NCBI GenBank assembly: GCA_902373635.1
Contig: CABKMV010000007.1
Span: 2,020 to 66,019, forward strand
DNA: 64,000 nucleotides
From: an uncultured Oscillospiraceae bacterium
Lineage (GTDB): Bacteria; Bacillota; Clostridia; Oscillospirales; Oscillospiraceae
Reading direction: 5' to 3'
Made by a program: the position numbers and the translations under genes. Positions 27,719 to 36,165 of the stretch are shown here, in pieces; positions within the stretch are counted from its first letter, which is position 1; every line of letters starts with the position of its first letter. The notes below the pieces were generated by a model that had not been told where the DNA came from, ran no database searches, and was given only the letters and a program-made list of their open reading frames with translations.

Positions 27719-30373
27719 TCAAAGGCCGGTAGCCTTGCAGAAGTGCTCCATGGCGCCGTCCAGCTCCTTGTCGGAGAAGCAGTACTTCATCTCAGTGTAG
27801 CCGCTGCGGAACTTTATAACCTCGTCCTTCACGTCCACGCCCTTGACGCACTCGGCGATCAGGTGGGCCAGGCGCTTGAACTCCTCCTTGCCGAAGCCGA
27901 AGCGGGTCATCTCGTTGACGCCCATACGCAGCGCGCCGGAGGCGGTGAAGCCCTCCTCCTCGGGAGTCGCCTGATAGTTGACGATGATGTTGTTGCGCTC
28001 CAGACGTTCAGCAATCTCGGGGCCCTTGCTGTAGCCGACCTTGACGATGACCTGATGGGTCTCGGTGTAGCTGATGGCGGGATCGCCGGCCACGTCCATG
28101 CCCTCGTCGGCCAGGCACTTGGCGAAGTACTTGGCGTTGGCCACCACGTTCTTCTGGTACTCGTCCTTGAAGGCGTTCATCTCATAGGCGCTCATCAGCT
28201 CGCCCAGCAGGGTGCCCAGGTGGTGGTTGGAGACGCTGCCCGGGAAAATACGGGTCTGCATGGTCTCCCACAGGCCCCACTTCAGATCCTCGGGCTTGTA
28301 GCTGACGCCGATGACGCCGCGCTGGGGACCGAAGAAGGTCTTGTGGGTGGAGCCGGTGACGATCTCAGCGCCCTCCTCGAAGGGCTTCTGGAAGTAGTCG
28401 CCGATCAGGCCCAGGACGTGAGCCATATCGTACATGATGGTGGTGTTGATGCCCTGCTCGTCAACGAACTTGCGGATCTCGGCCACAGGTTCCTTGTGCA
28501 GCACCATGGACTTACCAAAGATGATGAACTCGGGCTTATAGCGCTCCAGCAGCACCTTGGTGGCTTCCACGTCGATCTTGTAGGGGTTGTCGGGCAGGAC
28601 GGGGAAGTTGACCACCATCTGCTTCTCGGTGACGGGGTCCACAGCCACATAGTCGTGGAGGGCGCCCATGGGCTGGGCGGACAGGTGGCCGCCGCGGACG
28701 ATGTGGTTATTCATGATCCAGCCAAGGCGCTGGGGCTGACGCTTGCGGTCCACGCGGTTTTTGAAGTCCATCAGCGCGGAGAACACGGCGGTGTTGGACA
28801 TCTGGCCGGAGGTGCCGCGGGTCTCCACCTGGGCCGCGCCCAGGAACTTGCGCATCTCCTTGGTCAGCAGGTCCTCCACGGCGACGATGAACTTGGTGCC
28901 CTGATAGTAGGGGATGTCCGCGTCGTCAAATGCCTTCTGCTTCTTGTGCTCGGCGTAGCGGCCGGCGGGATCGGAGGCGGAGAGCAGCCGGGTGGCCCGG
29001 GAGGGGGTCATCTCGGAGGGGATCAGGTTGATGCACAGGTTCTGACGCCACTCATGGTTCTCCAGCGCCTTGGTCAAGAGCTCCGCGGCCTGGGCGGCGT
29101 AGTCTGTGACCTGACTGGGGCCGTCGGTGGTGCTCTTCTTGTAGATGATGGGACGGGCATAGGGAGGCGCGTCGCCGCGCATGTGGCAGGCAGTGACCAC
29201 GGCGGGCAGGCGCTTGCCGCGGATATCCACCTCGATCTCAAACTCTGTGACCACATGGGACTTCATGTAGGCCATACCGATGGAGCGCTTGGCGGTCTTT
29301 TCAGTGATGACGGTCTCAATGCCGGTCCCCTCGGTGACATAGTAGGGGATCATGGTGCCGCTGGTGACATAGCCCAGCTCCTCGCCGGTACGGGCGTCAT
29401 AGACGGGGCAGCCGGCGCGGAGAACACCCTTGCCCAGCAGGCAGATGGGCTGGATGCGGTAAGGCAGGTCCTCGTTGGAGGAGTAGTCGCGGTTGAGGAT
29501 CTTCTTCAGGGCCTCAAACTGCTTGCGCAGAGCGGCCTTGCCCACGAAATCGCCCTTCTCCTCGGCGAAGGAGACGGCGAACTTGGCCAGAGGAACGGAG
29601 TAGATGGGAATCTCGCCGCCCAGCTTGCACTCGCCCATCTCATGGCCGTACAGGGGCAGAGCGGCCTCCAGGCGGAGGGTATCGCGGGCCCCTAGTCCGG
29701 TGGGCTTGGCGCCCAGCTCGATCAGGCGGTTCCAGAAGTATGTAGCGTCCTCGCTGTCGCAGTACAGCTCAAAGCCAATGGGCTCGCCGGTGTAGCCGGT
29801 CTTGGCCACGCGGACGGGCTTGCCGTCCATGACGGTGGTATTCAGAGCGTTCTTGACGTTCTCGACAGTCAGCTCCTTGCCGCCGTGCATGGCCTTGAGG
29901 ATGTCCTTGGACTTGGGGCCCTGGACCGCGATGGCCGCGTACTTGTCGGAGACGTTGGTGATCTTGACGTCGAACTTTTCGGCCTCCTTGTACAGGTGGG
30001 CCAGATCCTTGTCGATGTTGCCGGCGTTGACCACCAGCAGATACTTGCTCTCCTCAAAGCGATAGAGGTAGACGTCGTCGATGGCATAGCCGTTCTCATC
30101 GGGCATGATGGCGTACTGGGACTGGTTCAGATCCAGCGCCAGAACGTTGCTGGAGATCACGTGCTGCAGGAACTTGACCATGTCCGGACCCTCGATGTCC
30201 AGGCGGCCCATATGGGACACGTCAAAAATACCGCAGTTGCTGCGGCAGTACAGGTGCTCCGCCACAATGCCGGTGGGGTACTGGACGGGCATCTCCCATC
30301 CGCCAAAATCCACCAGGGTGGCGCCTGCCTCCACATGGGCGTCATAGAGCTGGGTGCGCTTAAGTTCACTCAT
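27719..30373 (-). CDS. gcvT: aminomethyltransferase (GcvT) fused to a divergent serine hydroxymethyltransferase-like PLP domain
   Basis: Uninterrupted 884-aa ORF. The N-terminal ~410 aa are GcvT (LVDFGGWEMPVQY, GIFDVSHMG). The C-terminal ~450 aa are SHMT-like (INLIPSEMTPS, MYDMAHVLGLIG, GSTHKTFFGPQRG). AAGGAGG SD. Confidence 0.85.
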   Translation of the reverse strand: MSELKRTQLYDAHVEAGATLVDFGGWEMPVQYPTGIVAEHLYCRSNCGIFDVSHMGRLDIEGPDMVKFLQHVISSNVLALDLNQSQYAIMPDENGYAIDDVYLYRFEESKYLLVVNAGNIDKDLAHLYKEAEKFDVKITNVSDKYAAIAVQGPKSKDILKAMHGGKELTVENVKNALNTTVMDGKPVRVAKTGYTGEPIGFELYCDSEDATYFWNRLIELGAKPTGLGARDTLRLEAALPLYGHEMGECKLGGEIPIYSVPLAKFAVSFAEEKGDFVGKAALRKQFEALKKILNRDYSSNEDLPYRIQPICLLGKGVLRAGCPVYDARTGEELGYVTSGTMIPYYVTEGTGIETVITEKTAKRSIGMAYMKSHVVTEFEIEVDIRGKRLPAVVTACHMRGDAPPYARPIIYKKSTTDGPSQVTDYAAQAAELLTKALENHEWRQNLCINLIPSEMTPSRATRLLSASDPAGRYAEHKKQKAFDDADIPYYQGTKFIVAVEDLLTKEMRKFLGAAQVETRGTSGQMSNTAVFSALMDFKNRVDRKRQPQRLGWIMNNHIVRGGHLSAQPMGALHDYVAVDPVTEKQMVVNFPVLPDNPYKIDVEATKVLLERYKPEFIIFGKSMVLHKEPVAEIRKFVDEQGINTTIMYDMAHVLGLIGDYFQKPFEEGAEIVTGSTHKTFFGPQRGVIGVSYKPEDLKWGLWETMQTRIFPGSVSNHHLGTLLGELMSAYEMNAFKDEYQKNVVANAKYFAKCLADEGMDVAGDPAISYTETHQVIVKVGYSKGPEIAERLERNNIIVNYQATPEEEGFTASGALRMGVNEMTRFGFGKEEFKRLAHLIAECVKGVDVKDEVIKFRSGYTEMKYCFSDKELDGAMEHFCKATGL

Positions 30374-30435
30374 CGTACTTCCTCCTTAATTTATTGTTGA
30401 AACATGAAATGGGAAGGACTGGGGGCCGTGCGGGC

Positions 30436-30476
30436 AAAGAAAAAGACACAAAATTTCCCTAAGAAAACTTTGTGCC
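30436..30476 (-). terminator. riboswitch expression-platform terminator
   Basis: Minus strand CACAAAGTTTTC-TTAGG-GAAATTTTGTG followed by TCTTTTTCTTT. The 5' arm overlaps the aptamer-2 closing stem. Confidence 0.75.
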
Positions 30477-30655
30477 TCTGTTTGCGCACCTGAGAGATTC
30501 CCCGCCCCGGCATCAATGACTGTACCGCGCAGGTTGCACCTTCGGCGTGCGGCGTTCACCGCACTCTACAGAGTATTGTCATGGCCCGGCCCTTTTGCCT
30601 GAGAGTTTTCGCATTCCCCTTCGGCGCCATTTCCGGTCTTCTGGTCTCTCCCGGG
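30476..30655 (-). promoter_or_regulatory. tandem glycine riboswitch (two aptamers)
   Basis: Minus-strand aptamer 1: GGGAGAGACC...GGCGCCGAAGGGGAA...CTCTCAGGCAAAAGGGCC. Aptamer 2: CTCTGTAGAG...CGCCGAAGGTGCAA...TCTCTCAGGTGCGCAAACAGAG. Both match the glycine riboswitch core and lie directly upstream of gcvT. Confidence 0.9.
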
Positions 30656-30851
30656 CCAATCATCCAATTCAGTATCACATATAACAAATACCAATATAAC
30701 AAATCAGTATTTTATATGGGTCAATGTTACCATGGGGTTTCTCGCCTTGTCAAGGAAAATTTCTCATTTATTCATAATTTTGCTTATTTATCTAAATCGA
30801 TTCGGAAAAATTTTGGTGATTCCGACAAAATACCTCCCGGTTTTACGGCTC

Positions 30852-30880
30852 TTGCACCCTCGCCGCTGCCATGGTATGAT
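30852..30880 (+). promoter_or_regulatory. promoter for the response regulator gene
   Basis: TTGCAC, 17-nt spacer, TGgTATGAT. Confidence 0.6.
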
Positions 30881-30916
30881 AGCAAAAAGTCCGCCGGAAG
30901 GAGCTGGAGGTCCGCC

Positions 30917-31582
30917 ATGAAACAGATCGCTATCATTGACGACGACATTTATATCGGCGATATGCTGGAGGAGGTGCTGCGCCGGGAGGGCTACGGCGTC
31001 TGGCGGGCCTATTCCGGCACGGAGGCTCTGCTGCTGGTCCAGTCCAGGCGGCCGAACCTCGTTTTGCTGGATCTGATGCTGCCGGGCTTAAGCGGCGAGG
31101 AGGTGCTGCCAAAGCTTGAGGGCATCCCGGTCATCGTCCTGAGCGCCAAGGGGGACGTGCAGGAGAAGGTGGGGCTCCTCCTGGGCGGCGCGGCGGACTA
31201 TATGACCAAGCCCTTCGACACCAGGGAGCTGCTGGCCCGGATCGCCGTGCAGCTGCGGCGGAGCGCCGCCCCCTCCCCCCTTCTGCGCTGCGGCTCTCTG
31301 ACGCTGGACGCCGCGCTGCGCGCCGTCTCCGCCGGAGAGCGAGAGGTCCATCTGACCAGGACGGAGTACGCCATTTTAAAGCTTTTGATGCAGAACCCAG
31401 GGCAGGTGATCACCAAGTCCCGTCTGCTGGAGGACATCAGCCTGGACACGCCGGACTGCGTGGAGAGCTCCCTGAAGGTCCATGTCAGCAACCTGCGGAA
31501 AAAACTGCGGGACGCCGGGGCCGGGGACTGTATCGAGGCGGTGTGGGGCATCGGCTTCCGGCTGGCGGAGCCGGAGGGATAA
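30917..31582 (+). CDS. OmpR/PhoB-family response regulator
   Basis: 221 aa from MKQIAIIDDD, 7 nt after GGAGG. Receiver domain (VLLDLMLPG) plus a winged-helix C-terminus (LTRTEYAILKLL, GIGFRL). Confidence 0.88.
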   Translation: MKQIAIIDDDIYIGDMLEEVLRREGYGVWRAYSGTEALLLVQSRRPNLVLLDLMLPGLSGEEVLPKLEGIPVIVLSAKGDVQEKVGLLLGGAADYMTKPFDTRELLARIAVQLRRSAAPSPLLRCGSLTLDAALRAVSAGEREVHLTRTEYAILKLLMQNPGQVITKSRLLEDISLDTPDCVESSLKVHVSNLRKKLRDAGAGDCIEAVWGIGFRLAEPEG

Positions 31583-31589
31583 ATCTTTA

Positions 31590-31613
31590 CCTTTTCTTGA
31601 CCCTTTTCTTAAC
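31590..31613 (+). promoter_or_regulatory. tandem 12-nt direct repeat, candidate OmpR-family regulator binding site
   Basis: CCTTTTCTTGAC immediately followed by CCTTTTCTTAAC (11/12 identical), about 60 nt upstream of the ABC ATPase start. Confidence 0.5.
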
Positions 31614-31670
31614 CGCCCCCTTTACCATGTCCTGCTATCCTGCTTTCAACCCAACAAAGGAGGTTTGGAT

Positions 31671-32585
31671 ATGGAGTACGTTCTGCGTACAAAAGATTTA
31701 TGTAAACACTACAAGCACTGCAAAGCCCTGGACCGGCTGACCATGTCGGTGGAAAAAGGGGCCATCTACGGCTTCGTGGGCCGCAACGGCGCGGGCAAGA
31801 CCACCCTCATCCGCCTGGTCTGCGGCCTGCAGTCTCCCACCGGAGGCAGCTTCGAATTGTACGGCTGCCCCAGCGCCAGCCGGGAGATCGCCAGGGCCCG
31901 GCGGCGGATGGGCGCGGTGGTGGAGACCCCCTCCATCTACCTGGGGATGACGGCGGAGGAAAACCTCCGCCAGCAGTACCAGGTGCTGGGGCTCCCCTCC
32001 TACGACGGCCTGCAGGAGCTTCTGGAGCTGGTGCGGCTCCAGGACGCAGGGAAAAAGAAGGCGAGAGACTTCTCCCTGGGCATGCGCCAGCGGCTGGGCA
32101 TCGCCGTGGCTCTGGCCGGGGATCCGGACTTTCTCATTCTGGACGAGCCCGCCAACGGCCTGGACCCCCAGGGCATCGTGGAGATCCGGGAGCTGATACT
32201 GCGGCTGAACCGGGAGAGGCAGATCACCTTTCTGATCTCCAGCCACATTCTCGACGAGCTCAGCCGCCTGGCCACCCACTACGGCTTCATCGACAGCGGC
32301 CGCATGGTCAAGGAGATCAGCGCCAGGGAGCTGGAGAGCGCCTGCCGCAAGTGCCTGCGCGTCACCGTCAGCGACACCCGGCCCATGACGACGGCGCTGG
32401 ACAAGCTGGGCATCGAGTACACCGTCTGGTCCGACACCATGGCAGATGTGTACGGGGATATCGGCATCACAGAACTGACGCTGGCGCTGCATCAGGCTGG
32501 CTGTGAAGTAAAAAACCTTCATGAGCGGGAGGAGAGCCTGGAGAGCTACTATATGAACCTGGTGGGAGGTGGAAGCCATGCGTAA
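31671..32585 (+). CDS. ABC transporter ATP-binding protein
   Basis: 304 aa. Walker A GRNGAGKTT, signature FSLGMRQRL, Walker B FLILDEP. AAAGGAGG SD. Confidence 0.88.
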   Translation: MEYVLRTKDLCKHYKHCKALDRLTMSVEKGAIYGFVGRNGAGKTTLIRLVCGLQSPTGGSFELYGCPSASREIARARRRMGAVVETPSIYLGMTAEENLRQQYQVLGLPSYDGLQELLELVRLQDAGKKKARDFSLGMRQRLGIAVALAGDPDFLILDEPANGLDPQGIVEIRELILRLNRERQITFLISSHILDELSRLATHYGFIDSGRMVKEISARELESACRKCLRVTVSDTRPMTTALDKLGIEYTVWSDTMADVYGDIGITELTLALHQAGCEVKNLHEREESLESYYMNLVGGGSHA

Positions 32586-33408
32586 TCTGCTGCAGGCCGG
32601 CTTTGCAAGGCTGCGGAAAAATTTTGCGTTCTGGCTGTGTATGGCCGCATCCGCCCTGTGGTCCGGCGCGATCGCCGTCATCCAGTACCGGGAGCGTCTG
32701 CAATATCCCGCCTCTTCCGGCATAGACAATATTCTGTGGGAATTTACCCCTGTGGTGGGCCTGTTCTGCGCCGTATTCGTATGTCTCTTCATCGGCGTGG
32801 AGCACAGCGACGGGACCATGCGCAACAAGGTTTCCGTGGGGCACACCCGTGCCGATATCTATTTCTCCAACCTGACCGTCTGCGTGGCGGCAGATCTTCT
32901 TATCATGCTGGCCTGGGTCGCTGTGACTTTCTTCTTGGGCGTCCCCCTGCTGGGCGCGCCTCAGATGGCTGTTCAGGAGATCCTCATTCACCTGCTGCTG
33001 TCGGCGCTGACGGTGGTGTCCACCACTGCCATACTGCTGCTGGCGGCCATGCTGCTGACCAACAAGGCCGCCTCCGCCGTGGCCTGTATCCTGCTGGCCC
33101 TGGCCCTGCTCGTCGCGGGAAGCTACGTCTACGGCGCTCTTCAGGAGCCGGAGATCGAGAGCGGCGGTCTCCTCGTAACAGAAAACGGCACGGAATGGCT
33201 GGATCCCCAGCCTAACCCCCGGTATCTGCAGGGGGCCAAGCGCACGGTCTATGAGGCGCTGGCGCTGCTGCTCCCCGCCGGCCAGCAGATCATGATCAAC
33301 GATCAGAACATGGCCCAACCCTGGGCCATGGCCCTGTGCTCGGTGCTGGTAACGGCACTGGCTGCCGGAGTGGGATTTTTGATCTTCCGCAAAAAGGATT
33401 TAAAGTAA
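32578..33408 (+). CDS. ABC-2 type transporter permease
   Basis: 276 aa with ~6 hydrophobic segments. Its ATG overlaps the ATPase stop by 8 nt, after GGGAGGTGGA. Confidence 0.75.
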   Translation: MRNLLQAGFARLRKNFAFWLCMAASALWSGAIAVIQYRERLQYPASSGIDNILWEFTPVVGLFCAVFVCLFIGVEHSDGTMRNKVSVGHTRADIYFSNLTVCVAADLLIMLAWVAVTFFLGVPLLGAPQMAVQEILIHLLLSALTVVSTTAILLLAAMLLTNKAASAVACILLALALLVAGSYVYGALQEPEIESGGLLVTENGTEWLDPQPNPRYLQGAKRTVYEALALLLPAGQQIMINDQNMAQPWAMALCSVLVTALAAGVGFLIFRKKDLK

Positions 33409-33434
33409 CAAGAAAAATAAGGGAGGTTTCCCCT

Positions 33435-34322
33435 ATGGTGTACTGTCTCGGGGCGCTGTGCGCGGCGTTGGCCGCCGCCGTTCTCGCGCTGCTGGTGAAG
33501 ATCCATCTCCTGCGCCGGGCGGCGGAGGAGATCAGGCTGGGCTTTTCCCTGCGTCTGGAAACAGACACCAATACCCTTATCTCCCTCTCCAGCCGGGACA
33601 AGCCCATGTGCTGCCTGGCATCCGAGATCAACAGTCAGCTGCGCCTGCTGCGGAAGGAGCGCCGCCGCTACCAGCAGGGGGACCAGGAACTGAAGGACGC
33701 CGTGGCCGGCGTCTCCCACGACCTGCGCACCCCCCTCACCGCCATCTGCGGCTATCTGGACCTGCTGGAGCGGGAGGAGAAGAGCGAGGCGGCCGAGCGG
33801 TATCTGGTCCTGATCCGGAACCGGGCTGACCATATGAGGGCCCTGACCGAGGAGCTGTTCCGCTTCTCCGTGGTCCTGTCCTCCCGGCCCCTCTCCCCCG
33901 TCCCCCTCTCGCTGAACCGGGCGCTGGAGGAGGGCCTGGCGGCCTACTACGGCGCGCTGACCGAGCGGGGCATCGTCCCGTCTGTCAGGATGCCGGACGC
34001 GCCGGTCATGCGGGAGCTGGACAGCGGGGCGCTCAGCCGCGTCTTCGGCAACATCCTCTCCAACGCCCTGAAATACAGCGCCGGAGACCTGACGGTGGAG
34101 CTGGACGAGGCCGGGACCGTCGCCTTTTCCAACACTGCCCCCGGCATGACGCCCGTACTGGCCCAGAAGCTTTTCGACCAGTTTTTCACCGTGGAGACGG
34201 GCCGGGGATCCACGGGCCTGGGGCTCTCCATCGCCCGGGGCCTGACGGAACGGATGGGCGGGACCATCTCCGCCCGGTGCCGGGACGGGGTGCTGACGGT
34301 GACAGTCTCCTTTCCGCGCTGA
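33435..34322 (+). CDS. sensor histidine kinase (intramembrane-sensing type, no extracytoplasmic domain)
   Basis: 295 aa. One N-terminal TM, H-box SHDLRTPLTAI, and HATPase N/G boxes (LSNALKYS, GSTGLGLSIA). GGGAGG SD. Confidence 0.85.
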   Translation: MVYCLGALCAALAAAVLALLVKIHLLRRAAEEIRLGFSLRLETDTNTLISLSSRDKPMCCLASEINSQLRLLRKERRRYQQGDQELKDAVAGVSHDLRTPLTAICGYLDLLEREEKSEAAERYLVLIRNRADHMRALTEELFRFSVVLSSRPLSPVPLSLNRALEEGLAAYYGALTERGIVPSVRMPDAPVMRELDSGALSRVFGNILSNALKYSAGDLTVELDEAGTVAFSNTAPGMTPVLAQKLFDQFFTVETGRGSTGLGLSIARGLTERMGGTISARCRDGVLTVTVSFPR

Positions 34323-34474
34323 AGCCGGTTTTCCCTTTTCTCTGCCGCGCCCTGCCTCCCCCGCTCTTTGGGACACATTCCGCGCCTCCTGGAAAGAAAA
34401 TTTCTCCCTCCCGGGAACTTTCCGCCATGCTTTTCGTCTATATAAGCAAAAAGCTGAGAAAAGAGGGTTTACTG

Positions 34475-34579
34475 ATGAAAAAGGTGATCGCCCGGATGGA
34501 CGCGCTGCCCGCAAAGATGGTCCTCTCCCTGCTGCTGGCTGCGGCTATGGTGCTTGCCTCCGCCTCCTGGCTGGTGTGA
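34475..34579 (+). CDS. 34-aa hydrophobic micro-ORF (MKKVIARMDALPAKMVLSLLLAAAMVLASASWLV), hypothetical
   Basis: ATG 8 nt after AAGAGGG. Followed 33 nt later by a strong intrinsic terminator. No family recognised. Confidence 0.3.
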   Translation: MKKVIARMDALPAKMVLSLLLAAAMVLASASWLV

Positions 34580-34611
34580 GCGCCGGTCCTTTCCGTTTCT
34601 TCCGCGCTGTT

Positions 34612-34646
34612 GGCCGCCCCTTTGGGGGCGGCCTTTCTTTTTTCTT
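34612..34646 (+). terminator. intrinsic terminator after the kinase/micro-ORF
   Basis: GGCCGCCCC-TTT-GGGGGCGGCC followed by TTTCTTTTTTCTT. Confidence 0.85.
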
Positions 34647-34673
34647 GCCCTCCGCTTATTCGCGTGCTACAAT
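34645..34673 (+). promoter_or_regulatory. promoter for the PaaI thioesterase gene
   Basis: TTGCCC, 17-nt spacer, TGcTACAAT. Confidence 0.6.
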
Positions 34674-34715
34674 TGGGCATACTCAACTTATTGAAATGAG
34701 AAACGAGGTATCCCT

Positions 34716-35114
34716 ATGCCCACTATGGAAGAATTGAAAAACCGGTTTGCCGCCGACCGCTTCGCCACCGTCGCCCTGGGCGCGGAGATCCGGGAGGCGG
34801 AACCGGGCCGTGCGGTCTGCACCGCCAGGCTGCGCCCAGACCACATGAACGCCAACGGCGCGCCCATGGGCGGCGCCATCTTTACCCTGGCGGACTTCGC
34901 CTTTGCCATCGCCGTCAACGGCTTCAGCGAAAAGATCACCGTCAGCCAGCACGCCTCCATCACCTACCTGGCCCCCGCCCGGGGCCTTGCGCTGATTGCC
35001 GAGGCCAAATGCGTCAAGGCCGGCCGCACCACCTGCCTCTACACGGTGGATATCCACGACGACGCCGGCACCCACGTGGCCTATGTGACGGTAAACGGGT
35101 TCACGGTGGGATGA
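34716..35114 (+). CDS. PaaI-family hotdog-fold thioesterase
   Basis: 132 aa. N.NG..MGGAIFTLADFAFA motif. Confidence 0.8.
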   Translation: MPTMEELKNRFAADRFATVALGAEIREAEPGRAVCTARLRPDHMNANGAPMGGAIFTLADFAFAIAVNGFSEKITVSQHASITYLAPARGLALIAEAKCVKAGRTTCLYTVDIHDDAGTHVAYVTVNGFTVG

Positions 35115-35183
35115 CCGCGGGAACTTTTTCCTCCTTTTCTCCGTCTTAGGGGACAGAGCGCATATAAAAGGAGGTCTTTCCCT

Positions 35184-36149
35184 ATGAAACGATTTGGCGT
35201 TATCCTGCTCTCGGCCCTTCTCTGCCTGGCCCTGGCCGCCTGCGCCGCCGACGGTCCCGACGGCGCTGGCCTCTGTCTCGCGGACGAAGGCGGAGACCTG
35301 TCCACGGCTCCCCTCTCCTTATCCCCGGACGCAGCTCAGGAGGAGGCGGAAAACATCCCCCTGTCCCCGGCCTCCTCCTGGGCTGTGACGGAGGACATCA
35401 CCCTCTCCCTGCTCCAGAGTTCCTACCCCGTGGGCACGGAACATCTGACCATGGTGCTGGAAAACCGGGGCACGCAGGTCATGCTCTACGGCCAGGGCTG
35501 GTCCTACGAAAAGTATGTGGACGGGCAGTGGCAGGCGGTGGAAACCATAGAGGATTACGGCTTTGACGCGGTGGGATATATCCTCCAGCCGGGCCAGACC
35601 GCCGCTTTCTCCATCGGCGCCTGGTTTTTGGCCCAGCCCCTGGAGGCTGGATACTACCGGGTCACAGGGTGCGCCCTGCGCGTGGCGGCGGACGAGGAGG
35701 ACCTCTCCTATGGTGGAAATTATACCGACTACCCTGCCTACCAGCTGGAGTTTCTGGTGACGGAAGACGCCCAGCCGGAGCCGGACTACGCCCTGACGGT
35801 CCTCCCCTCCGACGGCGGCTCCCTGCTCAGGATCCTCCTCCATAACACCACGGGCCAGGACGCCAGCATCCTGCTGATCCCCTCGCTGGAGCGGGAGAAT
35901 GACGACGGGACGTGGGGGGAGGTCCCTTACGCCCAGGGCGTTGGTTTCTGCGGCACCCCCGACCCCCTGCCCGCCGGGAGCAGAAACTGGTCAGAGGAAA
36001 CGGACATGCTGTGGGGACCTCTATCCAATGGCCGCTACCGCCTGAGCTATACCGTCACCGACAGCACCGGCAGTGAATATACCGCCAGCGGCGAGTTCAC
36101 CATAGACAATGCGCTGTGCGCTCTGCCCACCGCGGACACCGGAGAATAA
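35184..36149 (+). CDS. lipoprotein with two tandem beta-rich repeats, hypothetical
   Basis: Signal peptide with lipobox (LCLALAAC). Two ~100-aa modules share the pattern L.N.(T)G...DG.W..V...G.YR. AAGGAGG SD. Confidence 0.65.
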   Translation: MKRFGVILLSALLCLALAACAADGPDGAGLCLADEGGDLSTAPLSLSPDAAQEEAENIPLSPASSWAVTEDITLSLLQSSYPVGTEHLTMVLENRGTQVMLYGQGWSYEKYVDGQWQAVETIEDYGFDAVGYILQPGQTAAFSIGAWFLAQPLEAGYYRVTGCALRVAADEEDLSYGGNYTDYPAYQLEFLVTEDAQPEPDYALTVLPSDGGSLLRILLHNTTGQDASILLIPSLERENDDGTWGEVPYAQGVGFCGTPDPLPAGSRNWSEETDMLWGPLSNGRYRLSYTVTDSTGSEYTASGEFTIDNALCALPTADTGE

Positions 36150-36165
36150 GGCCCAACAAGACGCG

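Noticed and set aside
30581-30916. N-terminal 112-aa extension of the response regulator ORF (track start 30581).
   Set aside because: The extension runs antisense through the glycine riboswitch and the AT-rich promoter region. A canonical receiver-domain start (MKQIAIIDDD) with a GGAGG SD is at 30917.
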